From Octopus vulgaris (lineage: Eukaryota): a DNA stretch of 64,000 nucleotides. Below are positions 50,987-63,840 of the stretch, in pieces (positions within the stretch are counted from its first letter, which is position 1; every line of letters begins with the position of its first letter). A model generated the notes under the pieces. The model saw only the letters and a list, made by a program, of their open reading frames with translations, made no database searches and was not told where the DNA came from. Both the position numbers and the translations under genes were made by a program. Location: positions 24,552,001 through 24,616,000 of the forward strand of contig OX597814.1 of the NCBI GenBank assembly GCA_951406725.2, written 5' to 3'.

Positions 50987-51778
50987 TCTAGCTATTTATA
51001 ACTATTTACTCTGTGTGTGTATGTGTGTGCTGTGAAAAACTTACTTCTTTGAGGGAGAACAAACTGTTAGTCTTCAAGTGTATTTCATAAATAAAATGTT
51101 CCTGAAATAATAAAAATCCTTTCTGTGACACTTTTTAAAGTGTCATCTCAAGGAAGGAGATCAAACTTACTGTGCATATATTTCAACAGACTGTTACAGT
51201 TAATGACTCACATGCTATCGAAAACTTTTCAAAGATATGGAAGGAGACACTAAAAATTATTACAAAAATAATAAAAACCTGCAATAAAGAAAATTTACTG
51301 ACAAAAAGAGAAAAAAATGAAAGTAATTAATGTTTTGCTTCTGACATTTGAAACCAGAAGTTCATAATAAATTTTGTGTATGAGCTAGTTAACATTCATA
51401 AACTGAGACAAAATGACAGGTTACTTTCAAAAACAGAGCTAAAGTGTCTACTGCTGAAAACTGACCAAACTAAAAATGAATTATGTAGAATGAACCATCA
51501 TTTTGTTGTAAAATAAAGAAATGAAACAAAATAGATATGTCAGTTAGAATGAAAATGTAGTTGTTTAATATAAACTTATTGTTCAGGCAATAAAGGTAGT
51601 GAGCAGTAAAAACTACAGAACACCAGACTAATAAACGTACAGTATGTATTTACGTTCCTTCATATTCTTTTCCATTCCTCCTGGGGTCATACTTGAATTT
51701 CAAAACACTAACATTTATAATTTTCTAATTTACAGGTATACTAAGCTAGTGGATACTGTTAGATCTACTAGTTTAGCG

Positions 51779-51810
<32 letters not shown>

Positions 51811-53415
51811 CAGCCTTGGTCAAGATTATGGAACAGGTATAAAAAAATAAAGAATATGATTCAAATTCATTTACTTAATAACTGAAAGGGGAGTGTCAGG
51901 GATATTTAGCAGGGGTAGAAGCAAAAGTGAGAGGTTTGTCTATTCTGCAATGTGAAAATAAGAAGTATGAGGCATTACGGATTGTAGAGCAGTAGACGAG
52001 AGAAATCGAGATGTTGTTGGGGAGAAGTGTGTACAGAATGATAGCAATACACTAGCTCTTATTGATGTTAAAAAGGAGGCTTGAAAGTACTATTTCAGGA
52101 AGCTGTTGAATGAGGAGACTGCTTGGAAAGTAGACTGAAGAGAGGTACCAGCCATTGAAACCAATAGCGGGGAAAACTGTAGTCAATGAGATATTGAAAA
52201 TACCTGGTGAGACAAATATGAACAAAATTATGGAGCAGATATGACAAAATAGCAAATATAATAGAAACACAGTTTTTTTAATAACTGAAAACAGTCTAAT
52301 AAGCATTCAAGAGTCTATCCCATCAATAACTAGTATTTGATGTGTCCTCCTTTCACTTTTGTAACCACGTTTATGTATTTTTGCATATTTGAAACTAAGT
52401 TGGGGCAAGTGGCTGGGTCAGTTATCTACCACATATTGTGTGACACTTACATTTTTTTCTTATATTAATCAGTGAATACCTTATTGATAACTTATCAGTA
52501 GTTAATATTTGGTGAAAATGCCTTGGAAAAAATCGAGTCCTGAGGCTCAAACTGCTCAAATCATTGTATTATCCAGTGAATGTTTCTTCCAAGTTGAAAT
52601 TGCAAGAAAATTGAAATGCTTGAGAAAAGATGTCCATCAAAAGGTACAATCAGATCAATTCTTTCAAAAACTGTAAAGGATGAAGTTGTAAAAAGTGTAC
52701 AACCGCAAAGGAAGACAGGTTACTTAAGAGGAGATCTCTGGCAGAAAGGAAAAGGACCTCTTCTGACGTAGCTGCTGAGTTTTGGTTGGCAACAAACAAG
52801 GAAATATCAACTCAACTCGCATGGTGAGAAGAAGGTTATTAGAAGCTGGGCTCAAAGGATGTAAGGCCAGAAAGAAGCCATTGTTGTCTGAGGTGAACAT
52901 GAAGAAGCAATCGTCTTGGGCAAAAGAGCATGAAGATAGAACTGATGATGACTTGGCTTAAGTGGTTTGGTTTAATGAAAGTAACTTTGGTGTAGGTTCT
53001 TCACATTCATTTTCATTGCTTTACTAGGCATAATTGAAATACTCTTCTACAAATTTTCTATTGGATACCAAAAATAATTAGCAATTTTTTTTTTGTCCTC
53101 TGATCTTTAGAACTCCTGGAGCAGTTTATGCTCACCACAGAGTTGGGGAGGCTTATCGTCCTGGGTGTGTAGTCCCAACAGTGAAATTTGGAGGAGGAAG
53201 CATAAGGATTTGCAGCTGTATGTCATCTTGTGAAGGCAGAATGAATTCCAACACTTGCACCAGCATGTTAGACCAAGTTATCAACCTTCCTTAGCTAAAA
53301 TTTTGAATGATAACATCCCAGAAAATGTAATCTTTCAACAAGATAATGCTCCATGTCACACATCCAGAGTCTCAATGGGTTGGTTTGAGGAGATTGGGAT
53401 GATGGTAATGAAATA
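51811..53415 (+). mobile_element. 3'-truncated Tc1-family transposon with an apparent intron
   Basis: Starts CAGCCTTGGTC after (TA)n. ATG at about 52518 (MPWKKSS..EIARKLKC), then TTAKEDRLL, VRRRLLEAGLKGCKARKKPLLS, VVWFNESNF | IFRTPG..PTVKFGGGSI and VIFQQDNAPCHTSR; it stops before the catalytic E. Confidence 0.85.
51885..52205 (+). mobile_element. RTE LINE fragment inserted in the Tc1 5' region
   Basis: RENRDVVGEKCVQNDSNTLALIDVKKEA*KYYFRKLLNEE is typical of the RTE endonuclease-RT linker. Confidence 0.7.
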
Positions 53416-53712
53416 TACCCCCACTCATTATTTATGATAGACATATTTCCACTATAAGTCAGAATTTATTTTCTGATAGGAGACACAAAGGAGCTAGCAA
53501 CATTTAAAAAAGTTGCAATCTCAGAATCACTATCATTGGTGAGAAAGTGATGAGATCAAAATTTTTATCCTTTGCATCAGATTTGAAGCTTTCATAGCAG
53601 GGTTGAAAAGAGAGAGAGAGAGAGAGAGAGTGAGAGAGAGATTAATTAGTTTAAGTTTGGACCACTTATAGTGTTTAAAAGTTCAGTTCTCAAAAAGCTG
53701 GAATACACCCTG

Positions 53713-53756
<44 letters not shown>

Positions 53757-53813
53757 TCATTGTTTAACATTATTTACTGTTGTTAACGTCCTGTACCAAT
53801 ATATGCATATGTG

Positions 53814-53853
<40 letters not shown>

Positions 53854-53915
53854 CATATATATATTATTTATATTATCATTTGATTGAACACCACACATCC
53901 ATTTCCAAGTGAGAT

Positions 53916-53956
<41 letters not shown>

Positions 53957-54507
53957 TGGCACTTGAAGCAGTCCTCCAGCTTGGTGGATCCTATCAAGCC
54001 ATCCAACCCATGCCAACAAGGAAAACAGATATCAAATGTTAATGATGGTTGTATGGTGGTTATGTATTTGCACACATTTATTTATGTTTGTGTATGCTTT
54101 CAAATATATAAGTAATCTTGCATATGTGTATGTATGTATGTATGTATGTATGTATGTATGTATGTATGTATGTATGTATGTATATATATATACATATATA
54201 TATAATTTATTTAGGGAGGTAAAAGAAAAGAGCACCTTATTTAGATAGATTGATAATTCGAGATTAAAGATACATTATAGCCAAAAGATACAAATAAAAA
54301 GCAGAATTATACTTGGTGTAACTTATACAAAGCCAAAATGAAATTAAAAAAACACGTGAAAGAATAAATAAATAAATTATGTGAAAATAAATTGGTAAAT
54401 AAACACATCAAATATCTACCAATCTATCTTGAAATGTACTTATTGATATTCTTCATATTTTTTCTAAACTCACTTCCTCCATCATGAGACATGCGTTTAT
54501 CATTTAC

Positions 54508-54555
<48 letters not shown>

Positions 54556-55081
54556 TAGATAAGGCCGGTTTTACATACATAAATATATATATGTATATAT
54601 GTACATATATGTGTGTGTGTGTGTGTGTGAAATAAAGAATATAAACAACAGCAACAACAACAAAACAGCTAACAAAATATATTGTTTTACTTCTTTCTTT
54701 GTTCGTTATTGTTGTTGTTATTGCTTTTGTTATCATTGTTGTTGTTTTGCGTTACATGTTTTCATACTTATAATCTCTCAGTGATGTCTAGAACAGTCTA
54801 GAACTAACTGGTGTGTTGATTTCTGTAAGCATGTTGTTCTTCACTGATGTTTATTTCATTGAAATATATGAGTGTCTTTATATTTGTCACTTGTTCATGT
54901 ATACACTTCCCACCAGATACTTATGTTGTACTAACATTCTAAATAGATTTAAATGTTTAATCAATGTGCTAAATTACATCTAGTTAGAATAGACCTGTTG
55001 AACTGAGTCTATCCTGTGTTACATATTTGTCAATGCCATTGCTACTGCTGTCATGAGTATCAACATTGTCACTACTGCTGA

Positions 55082-55375
55082 GACCCCCCTTTGGTTATGA
55101 CTGACCGTGGGATTGCACCTAGAAAGCTACCCTCCCAGGCACAAGTCCGGGCAAGGTTGTTTATGGAAGACCAGTAGTCGCCTTTGCATACTGGCCTCCC
55201 CTCTCCACGCCACCAGTGTTATCCAAGAGAAAGGCAAAGGCCAATACAGCTTGGCACCAGTGAAGTCGCAGCACATTTCTACAGCTGAGTGAACTGGAGC
55301 AACGTGAAATAAAGTGCCTTGCTCAAGAACACAACACACAGCCTGGTCTGAGATTTGAACTCACAAACTCACGAG
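55082..55375 (-). mobile_element. Family G SINE
   Basis: Colinear with 23555-23860; B-box-like GAGTTCAAATC on the minus strand. Confidence 0.85.
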
Positions 55376-55424
55376 CCACTACTACCACCACTATGATTGT
55401 TACTATTGTTACTATTGAGCAAAA

Positions 55425-56049
55425 TAACAGTGCATGCTATCAAATATGCAAAGCTGGGGTACAAATATGCAAAGCTCAATATGCCCATCATGTCTTCCTG
55501 TTTGATAACGGTACACCAGGTACATGTATCACAATCATATGCCCATTACATGTTGAGCTCATATCAAGATAAATAGTGCATGACCTTGCTGCTAGGCACA
55601 GTTCGAATTTTCTTCAGGTTGAATAGCCCATCTTGTTCAAAAGGTCCCTGAACAAGAGTTATTTAAGGATGATGAAAAAAACAACCAATTTTTCCAGAAG
55701 CAAGTTAATCCTTTCAACACATGCTATAATGCTTGTCCACTACTTCTGATTTTGATTAGAGATGCACATATCTCCAGCCACTAAGGGACGTGCTCAACTG
55801 GTTATAGTCAAGCAACCGACAAACAGATCTGTGGTATTGAGCAGAGTATTTGCTGTGGCCCAACTTTTACACCAAAATGAAACAGGAGTGGCTGTGTGGT
55901 AAGTAGCTTGTTTATGAACTACATGGTTCCGGGTTCAGTCCCACTGCGTGGCATCTTGGGCAATTGTCTTCTACTATAGCCTCGGGCCGACCAAAGCCTT
56001 GTGAGTGGATTTGGTAGACGGAAACCGAAAGAAGCCTGTCGTATGTATG

Positions 56050-56082
<33 letters not shown>

Positions 56083-56340
56083 TTGTGTGTCTGTGTTTGT
56101 CCCCCTAGCATTGCTTGACAACCGATGCTGGTGTGTTTACGTCCCCGTCACTTAGCGGTTCAACAAAAAGAGACCGATAGAATAAGTACTGGGCTTACAA
56201 AGAATAAGTCCCGGGGTCGATTTGATTGACTAAAGCGGTGCTCCAGCATGGCCGCAGTCAAATGACTGAAACAAGTAAAAGTAAAAAGTAAAAGTAAAGT
56301 ATGTACATAGTGACACTTCCAATCAGTTAATGGATTCCAG
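55425..56340 (-). mobile_element. Family E element split by a family A SINE
   Basis: E sequence runs 55425-55883 and resumes at about 56300 (ATGTACATAGTGACACTTCCAATCAGTTAA). Confidence 0.8.
55885..56298 (+). mobile_element. Full-length, young family A tRNA-derived SINE
   Basis: GGAGTGGCTGTGTGGTAAG A-box, GGGTTCAGTCCC B-box, CORE-like block, internal microsatellite, (AAAAGT)n tail, and many retained CpGs. Confidence 0.92.
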
Positions 56341-56389
56341 TCTGAATCCATATCATCCACTGATTATCATCAACATCATTATTATTATG

Positions 56390-56765
56390 GAGTGAGAGAG
56401 TATTGCATACCACCAAAGTGATACTAGGGTACAAATATATGAAGCCCAGTGTACCTATCATCACTACCTATCAGATGAGGTTACATCAAAGCAGCAAGCT
56501 GGCAGAAACGCTAGCACGCCGGGCGAAATGCTTAGTGGTATTTTGTCTGCTGCTATGTTCTGAGTTCAAATTCTACCGAGGTCGACTTTACCTTTCATCC
56601 TTTTGGGGTCGATTAAATAAGTACCAGTTACACACTGGGGTCGATATAATCGACTTAATCCATTTGTCTGTCCTTGTTTGTTCCTTCTGTGTGTAGCCAC
56701 AAGTGGGCAGTAAAGAAATAAGATGAGGTTACATCAGGCACATGCATCACAAGCATATGTGCTCT
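56390..56765 (-). mobile_element. 5'-truncated family E element split by a family C SINE
   Basis: E 3' end (GAGTGAGAGAG..CCAAAGTGATACT) sits next to ATT repeats and resumes after the SINE. Confidence 0.8.
56489..56720 (+). mobile_element. Family C SINE with a 16-bp TSD
   Basis: AGATGAGGTTACATCA at 56473-56488 and 56721-56736. Confidence 0.92.
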
Positions 56766-56887
56766 ATTAATTTCAGGAAAAAGGAAAGAATAGTTGGCTT
56801 TTGTTTTGAGTTCAGAAAGGTAACATTAGGAGTAAGTACTACAAACCATTGTGTTAAAAACCAATGATACTATCAATCAAACCTTTT

Positions 56888-57208
56888 CATGCTTCCCAAC
56901 CACCTGGTTCTGAGTTCAGTCCCAGTGCATGGCATCTTGAGCAAGTGTCTTTTACAAAAGCTTCAGCTCAAACAAAGGCTTGTGAGTGGATTTGGTAAAC
57001 AGAAACTGAAAGAAGGCCATCATATAAATATATATATAAATATATGTGTGTGTATCTGTATGTGTGCTGTTTGTGTGTGTGTTTGTGAGTGTGTTTGTTT
57101 CTCAGCATCACTTGACAGCTAGTGATGATGTATTTACATCCCCATAACTTAGCAATTCAGTGAAAGAGATCAATAGAATAAATACCATACCTAAAGACAC
57201 ACACATAT

Positions 57209-57252
<44 letters not shown>

Positions 57253-57370
57253 TCACACATACATATAGATACATACATACAGGGGTTAATTCATTCAGCT
57301 AAAATTCTTCAAGGTGATGCCTTGGCATAGTTGTAGTCTAATGACTAAAATAAATAAAAGATAAAAGATA
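56888..57370 (+). mobile_element. Older family A-like SINE with internal microsatellites
   Basis: GAGTTCAGTCCC..GGCATCTTGAGCAAGTGTC..GTGAGTGGATTTGGTA..CTTGACAGC..AATGACTAAAATAAATAAAAGATAAAAG. Confidence 0.75.
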
Positions 57371-58671
57371 GAGAACAAAAAGAAAAATACGATGCTTTAC
57401 TGTGGTTCTTGCATTTCACAAAGTTCTAAGTAGTATATGGCAAAGATATCTACTTGAATCAAATCTAGGTCATTCACTCTGTTCACTTATAACTTACAGT
57501 CTTTCTTTAACAACTCTCATCGATGGTGATCGTTATAATAAATGATAATGAAGAAGAAAAAAAAAACTGAAGCTGAGCATTCTGATAATGAAAATTGATA
57601 AAAATAGTAGTGTTTGAGAAGAGAAGTGATAATGAATACAAAGATAGTTGTGGTAAATGGCGAGAACCTATTGACTTAATTGCTCTTCTGACAAAATAAA
57701 TGTCATCAGCTGCAGACATTTCCCAGGAACAATGAAAGGTATTAAGTAAATTACAACTTTACTTTCTCCAGACAATAGTCTGTTACTGCCTGTAGAAGAC
57801 TAATTCTTTCCTTTTACACATCCCTTTTTACAATGTTTTTCACCACGTAATAGAATTCATTTCAGAAGTTGAATACAATCAAAGGCAGCTTAAATGAACT
57901 TAGTTCTAACTTCAAGTCACCTAGGAAGGCAAGTGTTTGTTTGTAGTGGGGCCAGATCTTTCTCAATATAAATTTCACAGAATAACCAGTTAGACTATGA
58001 ATGAACCATCAATAATTAAAGTATTGTTTGACTAAAGAATTTGTGAAGAAAGAATTTGTTACAAAAGTTTTATACACTAAGTATCTTGGGGGGGAATTTT
58101 TTTCCAACTTGTTGAAGCTTTTCAGTATGCATATAAAATTTTGTATGCATTTATAGTTTAACCTATTGCTGTTCTTAAAGAATTCAAAGAAATAAAAGTA
58201 CATTTCCTGTATTTTGGTTGGCAAAGACATGACAGTTCAAGTTTGCTTTGTGTTGCACCAATAAGCAAATTGTTGAAAAAAGGTCAAAGAATATTTAATG
58301 AGAAAAGGTTGAGGCCTTAATTGTGAGAAATAACTTGCTTTCTAAATGTGTAAACAAAGAAACAGTTTGATCAGTCTTTCTATTATAGCAGACTCATATA
58401 CTTAGATTTCTAGATAGGAACAAATGATCTGGTCTCTTCCTAATACAGCTTGAATGCTTTAGGTAAGCAGACTTCATAAGTAACAATCACATTCAATATG
58501 GTCTTGGTTTTCCTCACAATTACTCTTGAAAAGAAGAGATTTTAAGTAAATCTTGAATTGGTATCTGTAAATCATCAAAAAGGCAGTTTACTTCAACATA
58601 TGTATTGAGAGAATACATGATCTCTCCCAAACTGCTGTTTAGTGCAAGGTCAACTATAAATGGCACAAACC

Positions 58672-58935
58672 CATCATCGTCGTCATCTTCTAAAGACCGC
58701 TTTTCATGCTAGCATGGGTTAGACTGTTTGACTGTGGGCTGGCGAACCAGATGGCTGCACCAGGCTCCAGTCTTGATCTGGCAGAGTTTCTACAGCTGGA
58801 TGCCCTTCCTAATGCCAACCACTCCACGAGTGTAGTGGGTACTTTTATGTGCCACCGGCACGAAGGCCAGTCAGGTGGTACTGGCAATGACCTCGCTCAA
58901 ATTTTTTACACATGCCAACAACACAGGTGCCAGTA
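58672..58935 (-). mobile_element. Family D element
   Basis: Reverse complement of the D tail plus one to two units. Confidence 0.88.
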
Positions 58936-59572
58936 AGACCAAAGATATTCAAGCCATGACATTCTCACCTTCATTTCAGTTGTGGAACAACTAGGATTTT
59001 AGTATTCAATGTTCTTCATTTATATACAAAAGAAGATTGTGAATTGATGGAGATTTAGCTGTTATTTTTAGTTGGCCGAGTGACCCTCATTGATTTTCCC
59101 ACAGCTTATTCCCTAAATTTTTTATTGTGCAGGCAGTCAGAATATTTAGAGTCTTTTATATTATAGGCAATTTTTCTTATGTTATGTAATTCTCCTATCA
59201 TAACGTCACCTGTCTAACGCTATGTCAGCAGAATTTTTTTATACATTGTTTACTTAAGAGTAAGGACATCGCAAAAGCAACGTCTGCATTTTCTTCTGCT
59301 AGCCTGTTTGAAGAAATTTAGGCTTTCTTTAATTCTTGATATACCAGAGACTAAATGCAATACTTCACAGTAGTGCACTATTACTATTCTGAAACTGAAT
59401 TCTGCATGAAACAGACTTTTCTTTTGTAATTTCTACAGAATCATTTGTGCCCCCAAAAGCTTAGCACATAAAAGTACCAGTATACATAAAGATGTGTGTC
59501 TGTCTGCGTGTGCATGTTTGTGTGTGTGTGAGAGTGTGTGCATGTTCACATAGGTGTCAATATGCATGATCA

Positions 59573-59878
59573 TGTGGAGGCGTAATGGCCTAGTGGTTAG
59601 GGCAGCAGACTCGCGGTCGGAGGATTGCAGTTTCGATTCCCAGACCGGGCGTTGTGTGTTTATTGAGTGAAAACACCTAAAAGCTTCCCAAGGCTTCGGC
59701 AGGGGTGGTGGCAACCCCTGTTGTACTCAACTTTCTCTCACCAACTTTCTCTCACTCTTTCTTCCTGTTTCTCGAGTAATGCTGCAATGGATTGGCATCC
59801 CATCCAGCTGGGGGGACACATACGCCATAGAAACTGGGAAACCAGGCCCATGAGATTGGCTAGGCTTGAAAAGGGTAC
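59573..59878 (+). mobile_element. tRNA-derived SINE (family F)
   Basis: A-box TGGCCTAGTGG, B-box GTTTCGATTCC, tail GGCTAGGCTTGAAAAGGG. Confidence 0.88.
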
Positions 59879-60432
59879 ATAGAATGGCAAGAACTATTTA
59901 TAACTGCAAATACTCACTTAATGTACACTGGTCTGATAGAATTGTTGAAACATCAGATAAAATGTCATATAAAATTTACTCTAGAATTTTACAATCTGAA
60001 TTCTAATCCAAGCAAGGACAACTTTGCCTTCGCCCTTCTGGGGTTGATAAAATAAAGTGCTAGTAAAGTACAGAGGTCAATTTAATTGACTGATCCTGTT
60101 GTTTCAAGGTATATTTATTTTAGAGACAACAACTGAGAATCCTCAAGGCATCTTCTTTAAAGACAGTTCAGAATATAAAGCCTAGTGGTTATAGTATGCT
60201 TGAAAAAGGTATCTACAACAAATTTGATAGAATTTGCTGTTGTACACTAATTATTACATGCTGTCCAATGTCAGAACTGGACTCTGAATTCCATGAGAAG
60301 GTGGCCCAAAATTATTCATAGACCCATCTGGGTGTGAATCATCAACTAGATATATGCAACGACTAACTGAATTGAGACAAATTACAGCAGTGTTCAACTC
60401 ATGTGAACATTGCAAAACAGGAGTAAATGATA

Positions 60433-60746
60433 AACGTCGCCCTTTTCAAGCCTAGCCTGGCTCATGGGCCCAGTTTCTCGGTTTCTATGGCTTATGTATT
60501 CCCCTGCCACCAGCTGGATGGGACGCCAGTCCATCGCAGCATTACTCAAGAAACTGGAAGAGAGAGTGAGAGAAAGTTGTGGCAAAACAGTACAACAGGG
60601 GTCGCCACCCCCACCCCCCTGCCAGAGCCTTGTGGAGCTTTTAGGTGTTTTCGTTCAAGAAACACACACAACACCCGGTCTAGGAATCAAAACCACGATC
60701 CTCCGACCGCGAGTCCGCTGCCCTAACCACTGGGCCATTACACCTG
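60433..60746 (-). mobile_element. Family F SINE, inverted partner of 59573-59878
   Basis: Reverse complement aligns end to end with the + strand copy. Confidence 0.88.
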
Positions 60747-63721
60747 CACACACACAAGACAGGAGTAGCAGATTTGATTTTATGACTCATTAATAGGCTA
60801 TTCAATATATTACCTACTTGAATACCTCACATTTACTGTATATGATTACACATATGTCCACACTCTGATGCATATATATTTAGTTATGTATCATCATAAA
60901 TTTTACATAATATTTTACTGCATGGACAGTATGTATTTTATCATGGCACCTGTATTATAGAGAAGTTGTCTGTCACAGGATTAAAAGGGTCTGGTTTAAC
61001 TCTGCATCAGTTTTTATTCAGATTTACCACCCACCTAGAAGCCTTGCCAGCACACCAGTTTGCAGGATGCATATCACTTTTATTTATTCTTGTTTTATTC
61101 TCATGATTTTCCCAGCTCGATACACTTCCTATTGCCAACTAGTTTACAGCATAGACTTGGAGCAATTCACCATGCCACAGGCACTAAATTGGATATCTGT
61201 AACAGAACTAAAGAATCTCTTCTATCCTAAATGAGTTTTCTTTGAATTTACGGCCCTTCACAATAGCTATGTATATTGCATCATTGGGTCAGAATAACTG
61301 CCTTCACTATGACTTCTCTATCTTAAAGACTGATGGAAGGAAGCAACAATTAACTTCTATTGGAGCTTACATTAATAGTATAGCTGCAAGAGATAAAAAG
61401 TCCTCTCTGCTCTCAATTTGGGTATGGTATTGTCTCCATGACGTAGGTAGAGGTTTAGTGTTTAATTACAATTACAACTTACTATGCTTGACTAATGGTA
61501 ACTGGACCTTGTTTGTCACTGGAAACTAGTGGTGGGGGAGAAGGAGGGTAGCTATATCAATTTCTACCAAAATAAAGCACATCTGTGTCTTTTTTTGTCT
61601 CATACATGTAAACAAATACAAACATACAATTGTTTATGAATATATGTTTATATATCTGTTTATTATCTGATTATTATAGAAAAAAATCACAAACAGCTAC
61701 TCCAATAGGTGCAATTGACACAAGCAAATACTACTGTGATCAAAGAAACCTGATCAGTATATGAAAAGTTCTAACTCACAATGAGAGTTAGAGGCATCAG
61801 GTGAACATTTTGTCTTAGCCTACTTACCAAGATAGAAATAAAATGTATTGATGATGGTAACTGCACGATGGATATTTTGATGGTCATAATAAAAACCATA
61901 ATCATAACCCTTGGTGATAACAATTTCAATGACAACTTTTACAATATGAATGATATTAAGTATATTTATGATACTTGAAAACAAGTTGATGAAGATGAAA
62001 TAATTTTGGAAATATTTTCCAGTTATACTTCCATTTTTTTAATTATTGACTGTTAGGATAGGAGTATTTTGTCTACATAATTTGTAACGAATTCTTACCA
62101 CTAACCATCTGTTTTTGAAATGAAAGGGGTGTCAGTTTTAGGATAGGTATGCTGAAATAATAAAACTCTCAAAAGGATGACTATAAAGTAGCTTTAAGAA
62201 AAGTTTGATCTCAACACTTTGTGTTCAGTTAACTTTCTACTATACGTTTTCTATGCAGAAATTTGATAACAACCATTGCTGCTAATTCACTGAAGTATAT
62301 GTCTTTTAATCATTCAACATTTCATATTTCAAAGTTTATTGCTCTTCTTGAAATGAATGATATAAACGATTTCAAGTGTCCTGTTATTTTTCCTTTTTTC
62401 ATTTTTTAACTTTTCACAAGAATGCTTCAAAAATATTTCTTTTGCTCCAAGGACAAAAATTCCTTAGGCTATAATTTTCTACAAAAAACATAGATTTCCA
62501 TTTGAGTATAACATTTATTTCAAATATATACCATTGCAATAAAAGTTATTATTTTTGCTAAATATCAAATGATAAATCTTTTATTTTTCTCCTCAAATGA
62601 TAACTTTTTGAATATATGAAAATAGAAGTAGAATAATAAATCTTATTGTTAAACATTTTTTAACAAAAATATAAAAACAAAAAAAAATAACTGAATGATT
62701 TTCTTAAAACTTCTTTTCCCTTTATATTTCACGGGTCAGATATTTGCGACATTATGACTATCTTTTTTTCTTTACTAGGAGCAAAATCTAATATATATAT
62801 AATAAGATTCAAGACTTTTCTTTACGCAATTTTTTTTATTCTAACTCATGGAAAATAAAATTTTTAACACAAGTTGCTTATTTTTACTCTCCTGATCAAT
62901 ACATTTCTATATTTTGTTAGATGTGTATATGTATGAAATATCTATTTTTCTTTGTCCTTCAATACGAGCAATTCCTATTAACTTTGCATACATATATTAT
63001 GTAACATATATATATATACACACATATATATATATATATATTTATATATATACAAACCATAAAAATGACGAGATGTGAAAGTAAGGAAACTTTGGCAAGT
63101 GTTACTTCAGTAATAATGGCACCTTTTCTAAAATTTTACGAAACAGAAGCATGTAATAAATATCTTTTCCAATAATTTTCTATTTCAAATCTGTCTACCT
63201 TAAGATCCTTATATTATCTTTCCCTGAAACTTGTTACATCTATGTCTTCGTACATTAATCCTTTGATGTGTGTATGTTGCATATTATTAGGCATTTATTT
63301 GGTTATGTCAGTTCACCTAAAAAAATTATATATATAAGATTGTGATATGAATGTCAAATGAATACTGCATGGAAAAATTGTCATATCTGTTACTGATGTA
63401 GCATACCTGTGGAATAGATAGGCTGAGGGAAATACAGGTGGAATGTTCTAACCAGATCTTGGACTGCTAGACCTTACAGGAAAGTTGAATTAACAATCAG
63501 TTCAGTCAGGATAAACTACTGCATAAAAAACTCCTCTAACCCATAGCTGACTTTTATCATAATGGTATATGTTTAGAATAAATGTTATACTAAAATGGGA
63601 ATAATATTTTCTTTTATAGAAAATCATAGCCAAAGGAATTTTTTACCTTTGCAGAAAAAAAAAATTTTTGAAGTGTTCTTGTAAAAAGTTTAGATACATA
63701 CACACACACACATATATATAA

Positions 63722-63840
63722 TGGCATCTAGCCATAGAAATCATACCAAAACAGAGTCTGAACAGCTGGCCAGCTGCTGTCAAACTGTCCAATCCATGCC
63801 AGCATGGGAAATGGACATTAAATGATGATGATGATGATGA
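63722..63840 (+). mobile_element. Family D-like tail fragment
   Basis: GGCATCTAGCCATAGAAA..ATCCATGCCAGCATGGGAAATGGACATTAAATGATGATG. Confidence 0.7.

Noticed and set aside
61800-63700. Very AT-rich terminal region as a special element
   Set aside because: No repeats, termini or motifs beyond background composition.
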